Positions 1-15,039 are shown, counted from the whole stretch's first letter. The stretch is DNA of 63,014 nt, filler included, from Intoshia linei (GCA_001642005.1; 11 parts of 11 records of this genome joined end to end with filler, not necessarily neighbours in it), one strand, 5' to 3'. Numbers and translations are program-made. The notes: generated from the sequence alone by a model not told the origin.

Positions 1-318
1 TCAATTCCTCTTTAATTTTGTCTTCATATACTAGACTAGGTCTACCGGAACGTTGGACATTTTCTAGGTTATAATTATTTTGTCTGAACTTTAAGAACCA
101 TCTTTGAGTTTTTCGTATGTTGATAGCATCTTTGCCATAAACATTACATATATTTTCATTAGTTTCCGATATGGTATGCCCCATATGAACTCATAAAGTA
201 AAATATGTCTGATATGACCATCATAATCATTCAATTATTTTCTCTAAATACTAATTAAAAATATGTTTGTCATCAGAAATTACTCTTTTATCGGAAATTA
301 CTCTTTTATCGAATACAC
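1..318 (-). mobile_element. Mariner (Mos1-like) transposase N-terminal relic, frameshifted
   Basis: Minus-strand translation gives HIRHILLYEF, a frameshift, then ENICNVYGKDAINIRKTQRWFLKFRQNNYNLENVQRSGRP, the mariner HTH region. A short direct duplication (GAAATTACTCTTTTATCG x2) lies at about 276-311 near the presumed end. Confidence 0.85.
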
Positions 319-502
319 ATTTTTCATATTTCGTAAAAATAAAAAAATAACGCGCTTACAATAAATATTCGATTAAGATATAATGATTTATAATAAAGTT
401 ACAATAAAAACGACATTATTTAGGAAACGACCTAATATTTTTGTTAAAATATCGAGAATAACCTGTATATTCCATTATTAATTTGAATAAAAAAACGTAA
501 AA

Positions 503-2156
503 ATGTCAATTTTTCGAGAACCCAAAAAACGTTAAAAATTTCTGTATTAGAAAATATGTCATTTTAGATTGTTTCGATTTTCAAACCTTACCAATGTTAA
601 AAATCTCAAGAGATTCAGATGCATATTCACCAATTTTAAAATGTATTGATGTGTCGCAATTTGATTTTAATGAAAATCTATTTGATGAAAAACATTATGA
701 TGCCCCCAAATTTGTGCCTCATATACCTATTAACGATTCTTTCAATTACAATTTTGAAGATGGCTCAAAGTTTAGAACAGGTATATTAATTTTATTCAAC
801 ATTTTCAAAGAGTGTTGATTTTAACATTTTTAATTTTAGAACCTAGGGAAAGACGATACATAAAAGTACAAAAATTGACATTGAAATATGATTCGGATGT
901 TGATATTCCAACTGAACCGATTTTTATTAATATTAGCAAACAAGAAATTTTGGATAAAAACTATTGTTGTCCCATTATTCAAAAGGTTTTTAATGTTTAT
1001 ATTATTTGATACACGTAGTTTAGTTGTTTTCAGAGCATCCTATATTAAGATATACAAACGTGATGATGAATGACGATGTTATTAAAGGTAACTATAGCAC
1101 GGAAACTATTAGACACGCGGTTTCCATGTATGGATATTATGTCAGTGTCGGTCCATGGGCCAAAACATTTGTGAAATATGGATATGACCCTAGGAAAAAT
1201 AAAAAAAATGTCCTTTATCAAACTCTAACCAATATTAAAGTTAATAGAGAAAGTGAAGGTATTTTATTAATGTTTATTTTTTATGGATTTTTATGATATG
1301 TAGATACATTTCATCATGATTCAACCATACCTAACGTTCGAGAATATGTTACAACTCGTCTGATTGATATAAAAAACGAAAAAGTGGTTAAGATCATTAA
1401 AGAAAACACTTTAAATGTAATTTTTAGTTTGATTTTTTAAAACTAATTTGACTATAATAGGTAAATGACTATTATCTTAAGTGAGCAATTTCTAATAAAC
1501 ATGTTGACAAAAATGGATGATATTTTTACATAAATGTTATTTCACGACAGAATTAGTATGATTGACAATTTATTTATCTAAAAACTATTTATACATTGAG
1601 CGATACGTTAATCGTGAAATGTACATTTAAATTTATAGTTTTAATGATATAATTGGTCCTTAATAGGGTACAAAGTACCTACAAACCTAATTTAAGACTG
1701 AAAAACTGCAGAGCCAACGAATATTACAAAATCAACACATTTTCTGGTCTTTAAACCATAAATGTTAAAATCATAAAAGGCTTATACATGAAAAATGGGT
1801 GTTCTAATAAAAAATTAAAAGTGGACTCTCTAATAGACAGATTTGGATTCATATAATACTGGTATCCATATTGTGCTAATCAGATGTTTGTTATTTTTAT
1901 TATAAAAAAAATTTCCATTTTTTCTTAAATTTTTGGGGCAGTAGTTTGCCACCCGTTTTAAACCATACTTTAGTTTAATTATATCTATCGGTTCACAATT
2001 TTTTTCTTTTTAGGAATTCGTGTCAATTTATTTATTTGAATCATTTATTTTTAATTAAATGATTAATTTATTAATAATTTATTATTTTAGAAAATTTGCT
2101 CAACAGGTTGGCTAAAGCAAGAAGTGTTAAATAAAATTGTTGAGCTTATAAAATAA
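503..2156 (+). CDS. GTF3C5: General transcription factor IIIC subunit 5 (Tau95/TFIIIC63)-like, multi-exon; start uncertain
   Basis: Exons encode FDFQTLP, YGYYVSVGPWAKTFVKYGYDPRK (Tau95 signature GPW...GYDPR) and a terminal exon KICSTGWLKQEVL..IK* (2091-2156), separated by GT-AG introns. Confidence 0.75.
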
Positions 2157-2178
2157 ATATTTATGTATAGGTCTATAT

Positions 2179-2476
2179 CAGTAGTGTCAGACTCAATCTG
2201 ATTGGCTAGCCAAATGTCAAAAAAATTATTACGCGGGTCGCACAAAAAAATCTTTACTGTAAATATTATTAAACTAACAGTTTTAATAAATTTTAGTTAA
2301 TAAAATAAAATAAGAAACAATAATGCTGGAATATGTGTAATTAATGTTAAAATTGTGATTATGAATAAACTATGTTAAAATATTGTTATAAAAATAAAAA
2401 TTTATATTATAACGCTGGCGGGAAAATTCCATATTTGGGCAGCAAATGGCCCGCGGATCGCTTAATTGACATGCTG
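2179..2476. mobile_element. Degenerate hAT (Charlie-like) MITE
   Basis: Ends CAGTAGTGTC...GACATGCTG with GC-rich subterminal motifs (GCGGGTCGCA, GGCCCGCGG). TSD is poorly preserved. Confidence 0.45.
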
Positions 2477-3030
2477 GACCATGATTTCTAGTATGTATTA
2501 TTTAGTGGTTAATATCGTCATATCATTCGCATTTATCAAACGCATTATGTACCCTTTATTTATGATGGAATAATAGATTGAAAACTAAGTCCGCATTTTT
2601 TAAAGTTGGGTCCAATACATTTCTTAGGACGAGATTGGGTATGTTAGATTCGGTTTAGATTATAAATAAATTTATTAATTGACAAATTAATGTATTAAAC
2701 CTCCATTCCAAAATGTGCAAAGTACATTCTCTGTATTTGTACTAAATTAATACGATATTTGAATAAAATGAATTTACTTTTTTCAATGTCATCCAAATGC
2801 CAATTTCTGTTTAAACTTGGATTAAAAATTATAAAAATTTACTGATAATGATAAAAATGACTGACCGAGATAAAACTAAAAACTGCATATATAGATGATA
2901 ACGATTTAAACCAGGCATTAAGGTGATCCATGTGGACAACAGATTATAGACATTTTGCGGTCATGGAAAATTTTTTATTTTTTAACACTTAATTTTTATT
3001 ATAATTTATAATCTTTTCACCACTTTCAAG

Positions 3031-3784
3031 TAGTGATTGTACCGGGACAAAATTTCCGGGATATTTAATAATTTTCGGGAATTAAATTTCCCGAAAAAAA
3101 TTGAGACATACCTGTATTTGATTTATGTTTGTTAATACTATGAAAATATGATTATATTATAATATTTGAAATTTATATTTTAAAAATCCCACCACTAATA
3201 AAATTTAATCAAAAATACCATTTTAAGCCCTCATGGAAATATTGACTTACACCGATATTCTTTTTAAAAATCCGATTTTATGAAATTTTATGAGAAAAAT
3301 CCACTTCATCAAACCACAAATAAAAAATATAATTTTTCAGCCCTTAATGAAAAAATATCCTTTTTCCAAAACATTTTTAAAAACCTTTATTCCAACCACA
3401 AATTACTAATGCTTAAGGGAATTATCCTCTTTTTCCAATATTATTTTGAAAAATATTATGAGTTGTTACGAACTGGAACGCTATTATCAAGATTGTTAAA
3501 ATTAAATAAACCCTTATGACCGTTCAACCTACGTAAACACATAATGAAAGAAATTTCTCTACTGCTTCTAATTTCGTTACAAAACGTAGAACGCGTTTAA
3601 AAGACGTTTAATATTTGGAAATTTCAATCTAATATTCGTATTTATTCATTAATTAAATTTCTTTTTGTTTCTAAAATTAATTAAGGTCTCTGAAATTTTT
3701 AATGCTTTTATATTATATATGAATACACATTTTTAATTTCCCGGTTCTCGACTTATGTCATTTCCCGGGAAATCACAATCACTA
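3031..3784 (+). mobile_element. Non-autonomous hAT element with transposase C-terminal remnant
   Basis: TIR TAGTGATTGT...ACAATCACTA and perfect 8-bp TSD CTTTCAAG (3023-3030, 3785-3792). Internal NERNFSTASNFVTKRRTRLKD resembles the hAT dimerisation motif. Confidence 0.9.
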
Positions 3785-4872
3785 CTTTCAAGTAATTTTT
3801 AAAATAATATTAATTATAAAAATTTCATTAATAATGTAAAATATTTACATAGCTAATATAAAAACTTTGACACTGAAATTCACAATAATCATGCCAAATA
3901 AATTATGTAAATTTTTTGTATCAATAAAAATTTATCAAACTTTAGATATACATATACTGATATATCTGTATCCACTTGGAATTGTAATTATGTTTTTTGT
4001 ATATTTAAAATCAATTTATTGCATTTAATTAACAAACGGTTTAACAGCGTGTCTCAGTTTTTTAATTTAACGACCCGAAATAAGAGTGAGTTTTGAACTT
4101 CTTTTGCATTAATATTTTGCCAACTCTACAAAGAAGGTTTTTTCATACACATGTATATTGTACTTTCAATTGAAAATGTACTTTTTAGTCCAATTTAGAG
4201 AAAAATAATAATACGGTTTTGTCACAAAAAAGGCGATAACCACTTAACTATTTTAAGTATATCGCGTTTTAAGGAGTCAACATTGCGTATTTTACAAAAT
4301 ATCAAGGTCAAACTGATTTTTTTAACTGTAATATCAGGGGTTATTCTGAGTGCAAACATATTTTAATTTAAATTAATAATCTGCATCTCGATAACTACCG
4401 AGCCGAATTAATTTAATTTTAGATGCTTAGAATATTGGATGTTACGAATATAATTACGACTTCTTATTATATTATTATTAAAATGTTTGGTGGGTTCACG
4501 ATGGAATTAATTTAGGAAATCTACTTTTAAATGAAAATAGATGTATTAACTTTAATTGCTTATATTAGTATAACATCTTGCATGATGCAGATGATTTGAT
4601 GACGTGAATATTAATTTTTCTGACACGTGGATCAACCTCAATAATATTAATACCGCTATAGTGTTACAATATATAAAATAAAAATTTTATTATATTATTT
4701 TAAAACTACATTGTAATTGCTCATGTAAATTACTTTTAAGTGAAAAAAGTTTAAAAAACTAAAAATTTTAAAATTGAATCTAATTATATAAAATGCAATG
4801 CACTAAATTTAGATGAATCCTAAAAGTGTTGTACAAATTAAATTATTATATAAAGTTGTACATACTACACTA

Positions 4873-5425
4873 CTAGGTTGACTGTTATGTACTACGTAAA
4901 AACAGCGCCTAGCTCTGCCGAGGGCACATTTTTATTCTACCAAAAAAATAAATTCACGTTGAAAATCTAAATTAAAAATGCTACTATTCACTATTAACAA
5001 TACTATAAAGGAGTGGTTCCCAAACTTGTTTGAAGTGGAACCGTCATATCACATTATTTTTTACTTAACGTGAATTAGTTCATCTTAATATTGTTTTGTT
5101 AACATTTATATAAACAATAAAAATGGTAATTTGTGGTTTTGGTTCTGAAAATATATTTTTTATTAATTTAAATTTATGATTTTAAAATTCATATTAGAGT
5201 GTATATTTTTTTAAATTCTTGAACTCGTTTGATTTTCAAAAAAAAAACAATTGGGCTTATTGACCCGTAAGATGTGTTTCTGGGAGGTTGAAATTTATCT
5301 TACTAACACCCCGCAAAAAACTGTAATAGAAATGTGGATTTTATAAAATTCTAAGACAAAGACATGTTAAATAAAATAAACGATAATACACACACAGACA
5401 AACAAAGCATATTATATAAGTAAGA
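4873..5425 (-). mobile_element. Non-autonomous Helitron-like element, short copy with both ends
   Basis: The minus strand starts with the family 5' motif (TCTTACTTATATAATATGC, then a GT microsatellite) and ends with the family hairpin followed by CTAG. Confidence 0.75.
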
Positions 5426-5778
5426 ATATATTTAGGTAGTTTTTCAATAGTCGGTATCGTTGGAAAAACTGTTTGATCTTTTCTAAATTACATCAAAACC
5501 TGTTTATAAGAAATATAAATAAAATAATCGATTAATTAGATAATGTGATACTTTTGGTATTGTAATCGTAACATAATAATGTATGACTAAAGTCATGCAC
5601 TTTAATGATATTTTTCACAATAATAAAAGAATATTCGCGTCATTTATTTTCATATAAGCTAATATTTACCAAATAAGATTATATAGTTGATTTTTATTTA
5701 AACTAATGTTAAATAATTTATTTACTTTACATTTGTTAACAAATTTATTCTAAATATTTTATAAAAATAAAATTTGAA

Positions 5779-8700
5779 ATGACTGATTCCAATTCAGACA
5801 TAAAACTCAAAAAGGGTATTTTATCTTGAAATAATAATTTCATTTCTTTATATGTTTAGGCATGACTCTTTTCAATAGTGTGACTATGATTGTGGGTAGT
5901 ATAATTGGTGCAGGGATATTTGTTAGTCCCACTGGTATAATACGATACTCTGGATCCATATTCATGTCTCTGTTTGTATGGCTATTTTGTGGAATTTTTT
6001 CAATGATTGGTGCTTATTGTTACGCAGAATTGGGTACTTTTTCTAATAAATTAGAAAATTTAAAAATCAAATGTTAGAATATTTTAAAAATAGAATACAG
6101 TAAATATATTGTTAGAGTTTTTATTTATTATAAAGTTAAGAATAATGTTAATAATATTACCCATGGTACAGAGTACATGGTACATTTTCGTATAGTGGCC
6201 AAAATTAGTTTACTCCAGCAGATTAATGCAGAAAATATTAAAATATGGATAAAGGAACCATAATTTGTGTAGTAAAACCTCCGTTATTCACTCATTGCAT
6301 TTTTCATAGTAAATTTCAAAAATTGACTAAAAACAAACAAATAATTTGAAATAAAGTACAGTATAACCTCCGTTATGCGGCCGATATTTCAAATCTACAT
6401 TTTGAGCAAATAACGGAGGTTATACTGTATTTAGGGTCTACAATTTTCATCTTATTCGAACTCAATATTGGGCCTCCACGGCCTGAATCATTCTTGAAAA
6501 AGTTGTGATTTTTATAATTTTATGATTTAATTTTTAAATTATCATTAAAACACACAAATATTGAATGTTATACAAGTACGTAATTTTAAGGAGAGATTTA
6601 TCATGGTTTTGCTGATATTTCATATATAAAATAAAAAATTTTGATAAATAAGCAAATAAAATACATTATTTTGAAGAATTTGATGGCACAAACTTAGAGA
6701 AAAAATAATGTCGATTATATATTTATTTAAATTAGGAACATCGATTAAAGAATCTGGAGCTGACTATGCGTATATATTAGCCGCTTACGGAGGTACAATT
6801 TTTGAAAGCTAAAATACATGATTAATTAATTTTACAGAGATGGCCGCTTTTCTTAGAATGTGGGTGGAATGTATAATAGCAAAACCTGCATTGACTGCCA
6901 TTGTTGCTCTAACCTTTTCAGAATATATTTTATATCCATTGATGCCTTGTGGAGCTCCGATTTACCTACTTAAAATAATCGTTGTTTTAATAATTTGTAA
7001 AATTTAATAATATTATTATTATATATTAATATTAGTATGCATAATTTACACACTAGGGTGTCACATTTTTTCGAAAATTTTAGAATTCGATGGGCAAGAC
7101 ATGGAGAACAATATTATAAATTCGTTTCTACGTTTAAAAGCTCAAACGCCAATTTTCGTTAAAATAAAGTTCAGTTTTAATTTCTTAATAATATTTTTAA
7201 AGTGACATTTTAAATGGCAAACGCAACTCGAATAGATATCGTTAAACGTTTTTGATTGCGAATTAGTTTTCCTATATTAAAAATAAACACTTTTAGTGCT
7301 AATTTTCCTGGATTTTTTTATAGGTGTGACACCCTATTACACACAGTATTATCATATATATAATAAAATTATTTAGTACTCGTTGGATTTATTAATAATT
7401 ACAGTGTTAAATTGGCAAATCGAGTTCAGGACTGTATATTTTAATATATTTACTATCATCATATAAATACTGTACACTGTAATATACAATTTTTAATTAG
7501 TTACAACCATTGGAAAATCGATAGCTCTCTTAATAATAATAGTACTAGGAATCTACATGTATTTCAAAGGTTATTTCAAAATTAAATAATAAAAACTAAA
7601 ATTGATTAAGACATCCAGATTGTCGACATTTCGACTGAAAAAGACTAACATTAAGAATTATCAACAATTATAATTATGAGCTATTCTCAGTCATAAATTG
7701 AAAAAACGATAATTTTAAATTATATGTTACCATATTTCTTTTCACGTTGTTTGTTAGTTTGATTCGTATATTTTCAGGATATTACAAAATTATTATAGAA
7801 AATGTAATATTAAGGCTCTATTAAGAAATTATGACATAAAAAAATAGAATATACTATATTTGAAAGTAAATTATCAAAAGGAATGCATCATAACTACGCC
7901 AATGTTTATTAAAAAAATAATAACAGTACATGGTAATGTTCAGAAAATTAAACTCTATCGAATGTGCGTAAAATTAATGGTTAAGTATTTAAAAAAATGA
8001 GTTAATTATTAAAATATACAATTATTTGTGTTAATTCGAATTATATAATTATACTTATATTAATTTTAATTAAAGTGTTAAATTATCAGAACATAGAGGT
8101 GAAGCACCGTTTTGTGGTTATAATTTATTAATACCGTAAATGTATAACGTAAATAATAAGTTTAATTCGTAATGCCGTAACATTTCATACGTATTTCGAA
8201 CCGAATTTATAGTCTAAATTACAATAGATTTTTTGAATTTCAAAAATATCTTTTACTACGTTTTTATCTCACTATTCAATCTATTACAAAACTTCAATTA
8301 ATTAAATATTGACAAGAATCATCAAAAAACAGATTTTTAAATTTTATCACATTTTTTGTGCTTCACTCCGTAACGGTTTTTAATTATAAATTTACGTTTT
8401 AGTATTGACTTATATGTAAAATAGTTCAAATAACCATGTTGCATGCTGACATACGCACATTTTAAGTCTATGAGTATGATTCTTGGATATTATTTCCTGT
8501 AGGTCACTTAAATTGAAATATTTATATTTTATTTGTTAGAGAATGGCCCGTATATATAATTTTGACTAAACATTTTTGAGGTACAACCAAAATAATATTT
8601 TATCTTTTCAGTCTTTAAAAGCTGAAAATTTAAAAAAATTTTGGCCAAATAAAAAGTAAAAATAATTTAATTACATGACAAATTACAAATCACAAAATGG

Positions 8701-11700
8701 CACTTTCAGTGATATATAACAAATTAGATATGATTCTTTTTTGTCAGTTTTTGCTGGACAGCTTAATAATTTTGAATATAAAAAATATACCAATATTGAC
8801 TTTTTATTTTATAATTATGAGTTTTTTAAAGTGACGGAAGAGAGCCAAACCTAACATTTTCGAGGCGACCGAAAATTAAAATAAGCCACTAACAAGAAAA
8901 CGATGATTAGTGTCATATAGTCCTAACCACCTCTACAAGGGCTTTCACTTGATATTTTAAATTTAACACACAAAATGGTTATGATATTCAAGAATAGTAA
9001 TTTTTTGAAATGGTCAATTTAAAAAAATGATTCTCCGTTTAAAAAAATTCGTCAAGGTTCCTCCGAACAGAGTCTTGTACGGTACGGTGGGTTAGGGAAG
9101 GAGGTTCGAAGTTCTTTATAAATTTACCTGTAATATTATTTATTTGTTAGTCCATAATTATACACCCTTATTATAATTGACCCTGAATAAAAGTTATCAA
9201 TTAATGCTGATTTGAACTGCGTTTATATAACTATTTTTAAATTTTAACTTAGGATCTACTCAATACATTTCACGTCCATTTGATCACAGTATCTGGGATA
9301 TCAACAAACTTTCACTTGCTGTATATTATGGTCTGTTTTCGTTCAATGGATGGTAAATTTAAAACTCAATTTTTGATTTTCAATTATTTAACAGGAATTA
9401 TCTCAATTTTGTTGTTGAAGAAATGAAAAATCCCGTTCGGTTTACATTTATGGATGTTTATGCAACTATTTTTTAGTGATTTACCAAGAGCCATTACAAT
9501 ATCATGTGTGTTTGTAGTGATAATTTACCTATTAACAAATATTTCATATTTTTCTGTTCTCGACCCAGTTGAATTTGTTAATATGAACGGAATAGCAATA
9601 GTAATTATAAAATTTTTTCATTGTATTTATTTTTAACTTTTAGCAATTTTCAACAAAAATATTAGGAAAGATAGGAATAGTAATGGCTTTTTTTGTTGCA
9701 GTTTCCACATTTGGAGGTGTTAACAGTCAAATAATTACTTCATCAAGGTAAATCAATACGAAAATTTATATACTTTAATCAATTCTGAGAAAAATTATTT
9801 TTAACCAGTAAGTTACAAAATATTTATATAAATTATTCGTAAAAGTAAATAAATTTATAAGTAAATGCTGATAAAAGAATCATATAACTACAAGTGTAGA
9901 GTTAAAAAACCAAATTTCTAATAAATTTTTTCGCTGGGTATGTCTATTTTTATGCATTTATCTATTTTTCAGAATCCAAATTTGAGTTCATTAGGGTCTA
10001 AAACCCAATTTTTCATTTTGTTTAAAATTAGAATCAGCCCAAAAACCGTTGACTGTTAATAAAACATAAATTCTGGACGTGTTATAAAATCATCAACATT
10101 GTCGTAAATATCAGCTTCATAAATTAATAGAAATCCCCACATAACTCTTTGTTTTAAAACATCATGTTATTATTAAATTTATTTTTTTGGTAAAATTAAA
10201 AATGTCCCTCTCTGCAGATCCAGGTGCTATTTGTACGAAGTACATAACAGTCAAGCTAGATAATTATAAAATATAGCAGCAACATTGCTGGAATATAGTG
10301 AGGGAACAAATTTTGCAAATGTATTTAATTTATAATTGCATTCAATTAAATTTTAATATTTAACTTAATTTACTAGGGGTAGTCTGATTTATAATTTTGT
10401 GCCGTACAATGTCTGGTGGTTATAATATTAATATGTAATTATGTAAGCAAGGATTTAAAATTAAAAATACATAAATACAAATAAAAATTTGTAATAACAA
10501 AACATCAATGTAAAACATGTATTCATAATAAATTTTTTAAATCAGAATATTTATTCTACCCCTATTTATTCATTATTTGACGTGATGGACATAATGATTG
10601 TTTAATTTGTACAATTTACATTATATTTTAATAATGTTTATAAATTAGAATGTCATTTGTTGCTGCAAGGAGAGGTCATATGCCACAATTGATGCACATG
10701 ATACATATAAATAATATTACACCTTTTGTATCAGTCAGTTTAACGGTTTATTTATTAACAAACAATATTATATAATATATAAACTATATATCATGGTTGA
10801 CAAAGTGGTGACTGTAATATCATATAAATTATCATAATTATGAAAAAAAATACAATCAGATTTTTTTAAATTTTTTATAAATTATAAATATAAAAAAAGG
10901 ATAATTGCAGTTTTTGACATTGAAAAACTCAATTTCTGAAAATTAAATTGACGATAAACATAACTCTCGAAAACCTGTGTCATATATGGATATTCTTAAA
11001 ACTCTACGTCTATTACTTTATTAAATAAATGGTAATACACAAATAAATATATAAACAGACATATATTTTTACCTAAATTTTTACTTATGTAATTGTAACT
11101 ATTGTATAATATACTTTGCAGTATTTGTTTGTGTGTGTGTTACCGTTTATTTTAGTAACTATTGTTTTAGAATTTTATAAAATCCACATTTTAATTAGTT
11201 TTTTCCGAGTGTGTTAGCAAAATAAATTTCAACCTCCTAAACTCACATCTTACGGGTTAAAAAGCCCAATTGTCCTTTTTTGAAAATCAAACAAGTTCGA
11301 GAATTTAACAAAATATATGCTCTGATACAGATTTTAAAATCATAAACATTATCATAAATTTAAATTTAAAAAAATTATATATTCAGGGCCAAAACCACAA
11401 ACTACCCTTCTTTTTTTAATGAAAACAGCCCTAGAATTTCAAAAAATTTACAGGTGTCACAGTTGTATCTTGTTAACACACATAAAAAATTTCAATTTGA
11501 ATAAGTTACGACTTCACGGTCAAAAAAGCATTTTAGTATTCATATATTTTTTTCTGATATATTTTATTAAAACAAAAAATGTGAAATAATTAAAGGTGCG
11601 AAAATTAAAAAAAAAATTATTCTGATAGAGCTTATTCCAGTTAATATAAAAACAAAATTTCAACCCAGAAATCTACGCATTCCCGGTGAAAAATAATTTT

Positions 11701-13475
11701 TAATATATTATCAACCAATATTTTTCAAATATTTCGAATTAAACAAAAAATGTGAAATAATTAATAGTTCGAAAATTTAAAAAAAGGTTATTCTGATAGA
11801 GCTTATTTCAATTGATATAAATCCAAAATTTCAACCCTAGAAATCTATGCATTACTTGTGAAAAATAATTTTTAATATATTATCAACCAATATTTTTAAG
11901 TTAGATTTTCAACGTGAATGTATTTTTTTGATAGAATAAAAATGTTCCTTCGGCAGAGCTAGGTGTTGTTTGTACGTAGTACATAACAGTCAACCTAGTT
12001 ACTGTATATAAGTAAGGATATGGATAAACATTCATCTAACTTTATTCCGATGGTTCCGCTAAATGACTGTTAGATACAATTATTTCAATATTGACGTTGT
12101 TAGAAAAATTAATTGCCAGCCTGGTATATCTTAATGGATCGATTATGTAACATATTGCATATTATAATCATTAAAGTAATATTATTAGTATTAAATTAAT
12201 AGTATAATTAAATAATATTATAATATACTTATTTTAGACAATAATTTCTATACTATTTGGTGTATTTGCTGACGTTGACTGGTTAATAAAATGTTCCGGT
12301 ATTGTAAATTGGTTAGCTATTGGAGTATCCGTGACATGCATATTTGTATTTCGAAAAAAATATCCTCACATGAAAAGGCCTATTAAAGTAATGATATTAT
12401 AATACTTATATACATTTATATATCTTTTTATTAGGTTCATATAGCCTGGCCAATAATTTATTTAATTTTAACTGTATTTCTTATCATTATTCCATTCATT
12501 GAATCACCGATGGAAACGGGTATTTAGTCATTAATTATCAAAATTTTTAATACAAAGTAAAATATATATTTATGATTTTGTTAAGGTATTGGAATATTGA
12601 TGATTTTGAGTGGAATTCCAGTATACCTGTTGTTTGTGACGAATAAAAAAAGAGACAAAATTGACCAGATAATTAGTAATATACTATAACATATAAAAAT
12701 TAATTACTTTGGAACTGATTGATTGTGTGTCAATCCATAAATATTTTTGGGATTACTTTTTGTATTATTATTAACCCATATACTCCTAGTGTGACCATAT
12801 GGTCACACAACATTACATTTAAAAAAACACGTATTAAATTGAAAAAAGTTAACTAAATATGAAAAATTAAATTAATTAGTATATTATATAACATTAGAGT
12901 ATATTAGTTATGAGTTTTCACCGATTAGCCTCCTGTGTCACTGACAGTGAGCTAAAATGATTTTTCAAAGCAAAAAAAAAATTCACTGAAAAAATTTTTT
13001 GTATTTTTTTTTGTTAAAGTTGTGATAACTGAATTTAATGAATACGATATGATGAATTCATGTATTGGCTACAATTTGATGAAGTAATTTGGTATATTGA
13101 CGATGCGGTTTTATATATACACGATTTTATTTGCCTTATTTCCCCAATGTGAACATATGGAATGTGAAATAACTCCATAACTACAATTGGTAATTACCTA
13201 AAATTATATATGGTGAGAAATAGGCAAGTATGTATTAATTTCCCAAATTTTTGGAAAAATCGAAGCCAAAAAATTGGAAAAATTTGTCTGGGAGTATATG
13301 GGTTAATTATTATTGTAAATACATAAATATAAATATAATAATCAAAATGCTAAATTTAGACCATATAACAAAATCAGTGCAAAAAGTGTTTTTATTATCA
13401 CTAGAAAAAAAGAGCGATGAAGAACAGATAGAACTTGAATCGCTCGAATCTAAACCTTTTTTAATAAAAACATAA
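5779..13475 (+). CDS. SLC7 L-type/y+L amino-acid transporter light chain (about 14 exons)
   Basis: Spliced translation includes [83 protein letters not shown] and [13 protein letters not shown], ending PFLIKT*. Confidence 0.93.
6359..6427. mobile_element. 69-bp Tc1/mariner-pogo-type MITE
   Basis: 18-bp TIR CAGTATAACCTCCGTTAT / ATAACGGAGGTTATACTG flanked by TA on both sides. Confidence 0.8.
7054..7336. mobile_element. hAT MITE in SLC7 intron
   Basis: TIR TAGGGTGTCACA...TGTGACACCCTA with perfect 8-bp TSD TTACACAC. Confidence 0.9.
11081..11998 (+). mobile_element. Helitron-like element in SLC7 intron
   Basis: Has the family 5' region with GT microsatellite, an internal duplication of about 180 bp, and a 3' hairpin plus CTAG|T. 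Confidence 0.75.
12775..13302. mobile_element. piggyBac-type MITE in last SLC7 intron
   Basis: TTAA|CCCATATACTCC...GGAGTATATGGG|TTAA, with internal palindrome GTGTGACCATATGGTCACAC. Confidence 0.88.
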
Positions 13476-14122
13476 ATTTTTGTGATAAGTTAAATAAAAA
13501 TACAAAATTGATAATTATCAATATTGAAATTTTTTTTATAACCACTAAATTTTATATAACAGTAAATAAGTTATTCATTTTAGTTGTGATTTTGTATTTG
13601 AATAGTGATGAGTGTCCACTAATTGCGACCTTAAATAAGAAATGATCCTGTATACGCTATATGTGTATTTAATAATAATCTATGCAAATAACAATTGATG
13701 CACGCCTCACCTAAAAGTTAAATAAAATGTATGTGTACATTTTATCATTCGGAATTTATTGAATTTTAGAAATGTTGCTATAATATCATCTTACAATTAT
13801 TATATTTTTTGCATTTGTTGGGATTGAATATACTAAAAGAAATGTTTACTAAATACGAAAAATAACAGGTTCAACAAATTATATTTTTATGATTAAGTTT
13901 AAATAAATATTTCAATACGTATTGAGTTAATAATTTTTTATATATCTAATATTTTAATGTGTTTATGAAAATTTATGTATTTTCGATAGATTAGTCATCA
14001 ACCCTTTCAAGTAGTTTCCATTCAAAATGTAATGTTATGAAAAAATTTTTAGCAATTTATTTTACAATTTACTAGGCTTTAATGAAGACACTAAACCAGA
14101 ATGGCAGATTGGATTTCATGGT

Positions 14123-14185
14123 TAGTGATTGTGACCGGGAAAAATACTGGGACAAAATTACCGAGATTTCCTGAAAAAAATTGTT
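14123..14185 (+). mobile_element. Truncated left end of the 3031-3784 hAT family
   Basis: TAGTGATTGTGACCGGGAAAAATACTGGGACAAAATT matches the family terminus. Confidence 0.65.
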
Positions 14186-14535
14186 GAACACAATAAAAAA
14201 ATAAATAATATCCAACATTTGGATAAAGTATGAAGATAGAGGTGATAAAGTGTGTAAGTGTTGAAAAAGATGACAGAAATAATATCAAAATAAAAAAAAG
14301 TCACAATACAAAATATGACCAAGATAAAAATATCAAACATTAATTATCAATTAAAATATTAATTAATCAAGCAATTACATGTATAGCTGAGCTCATGTGT
14401 AATGGCGGATTGTCAATGAGGGCTATATCAATTGAATAGGGACACGTTAATAATAACCATAATACGTTTTCAACTGCATACAGAGTTGTGCACTTATATA
14501 AACTATATTGTGTTTAAATGGTGTAGCATGATTAG

Positions 14536-15039
14536 TAGAGCCGTCTTAAGCCACTTCGTTGCCCTGGGCTAAGCAAATGGCCGGAGGCCCTTTAAAGTTT
14601 TGAGCGAAGAAAAAAAGTATTTCAAGCGAAGCGATAAAAAAATTTTAGGGCCCTTTTTTTGAAAATTAATAAGAGAAAATCAAACTTTCCTATTTTATTT
14701 TTTGAATATTTACTTAATAGAAAGGTTAACATTATAATTTAATATTATCATTTAAAACAGTTTTTATGTCAATATTATATGGTGAACACTGTAAAATATA
14801 TTTTAAATTGAATATTTACCAGAACTTTGATTCCTTAAACTATTTTCTTTTTAGCTATTTGAATTCCCACACTTCAAAACTTATAAACTGTTTTTTAAGA
14901 TATAAATTTAAAGCATTTTTTAATAAATTGTGGCCTCTTTTTAAGATATAAGTGTGAATTACTTTTATTAATTTGGGGCCTTTTTTAATAAGTGGCCCTG
15001 GGCTACAGCCCATATTGTCCATGCTTTAAAACGGCTCTG
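14536..15039. mobile_element. hAT MITE
   Basis: TIR (T/C)AGAGCCGT...ACGGCTCTG with perfect 8-bp TSD ATGATTAG and subterminal GCCCTGGGC motifs. Confidence 0.88.
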
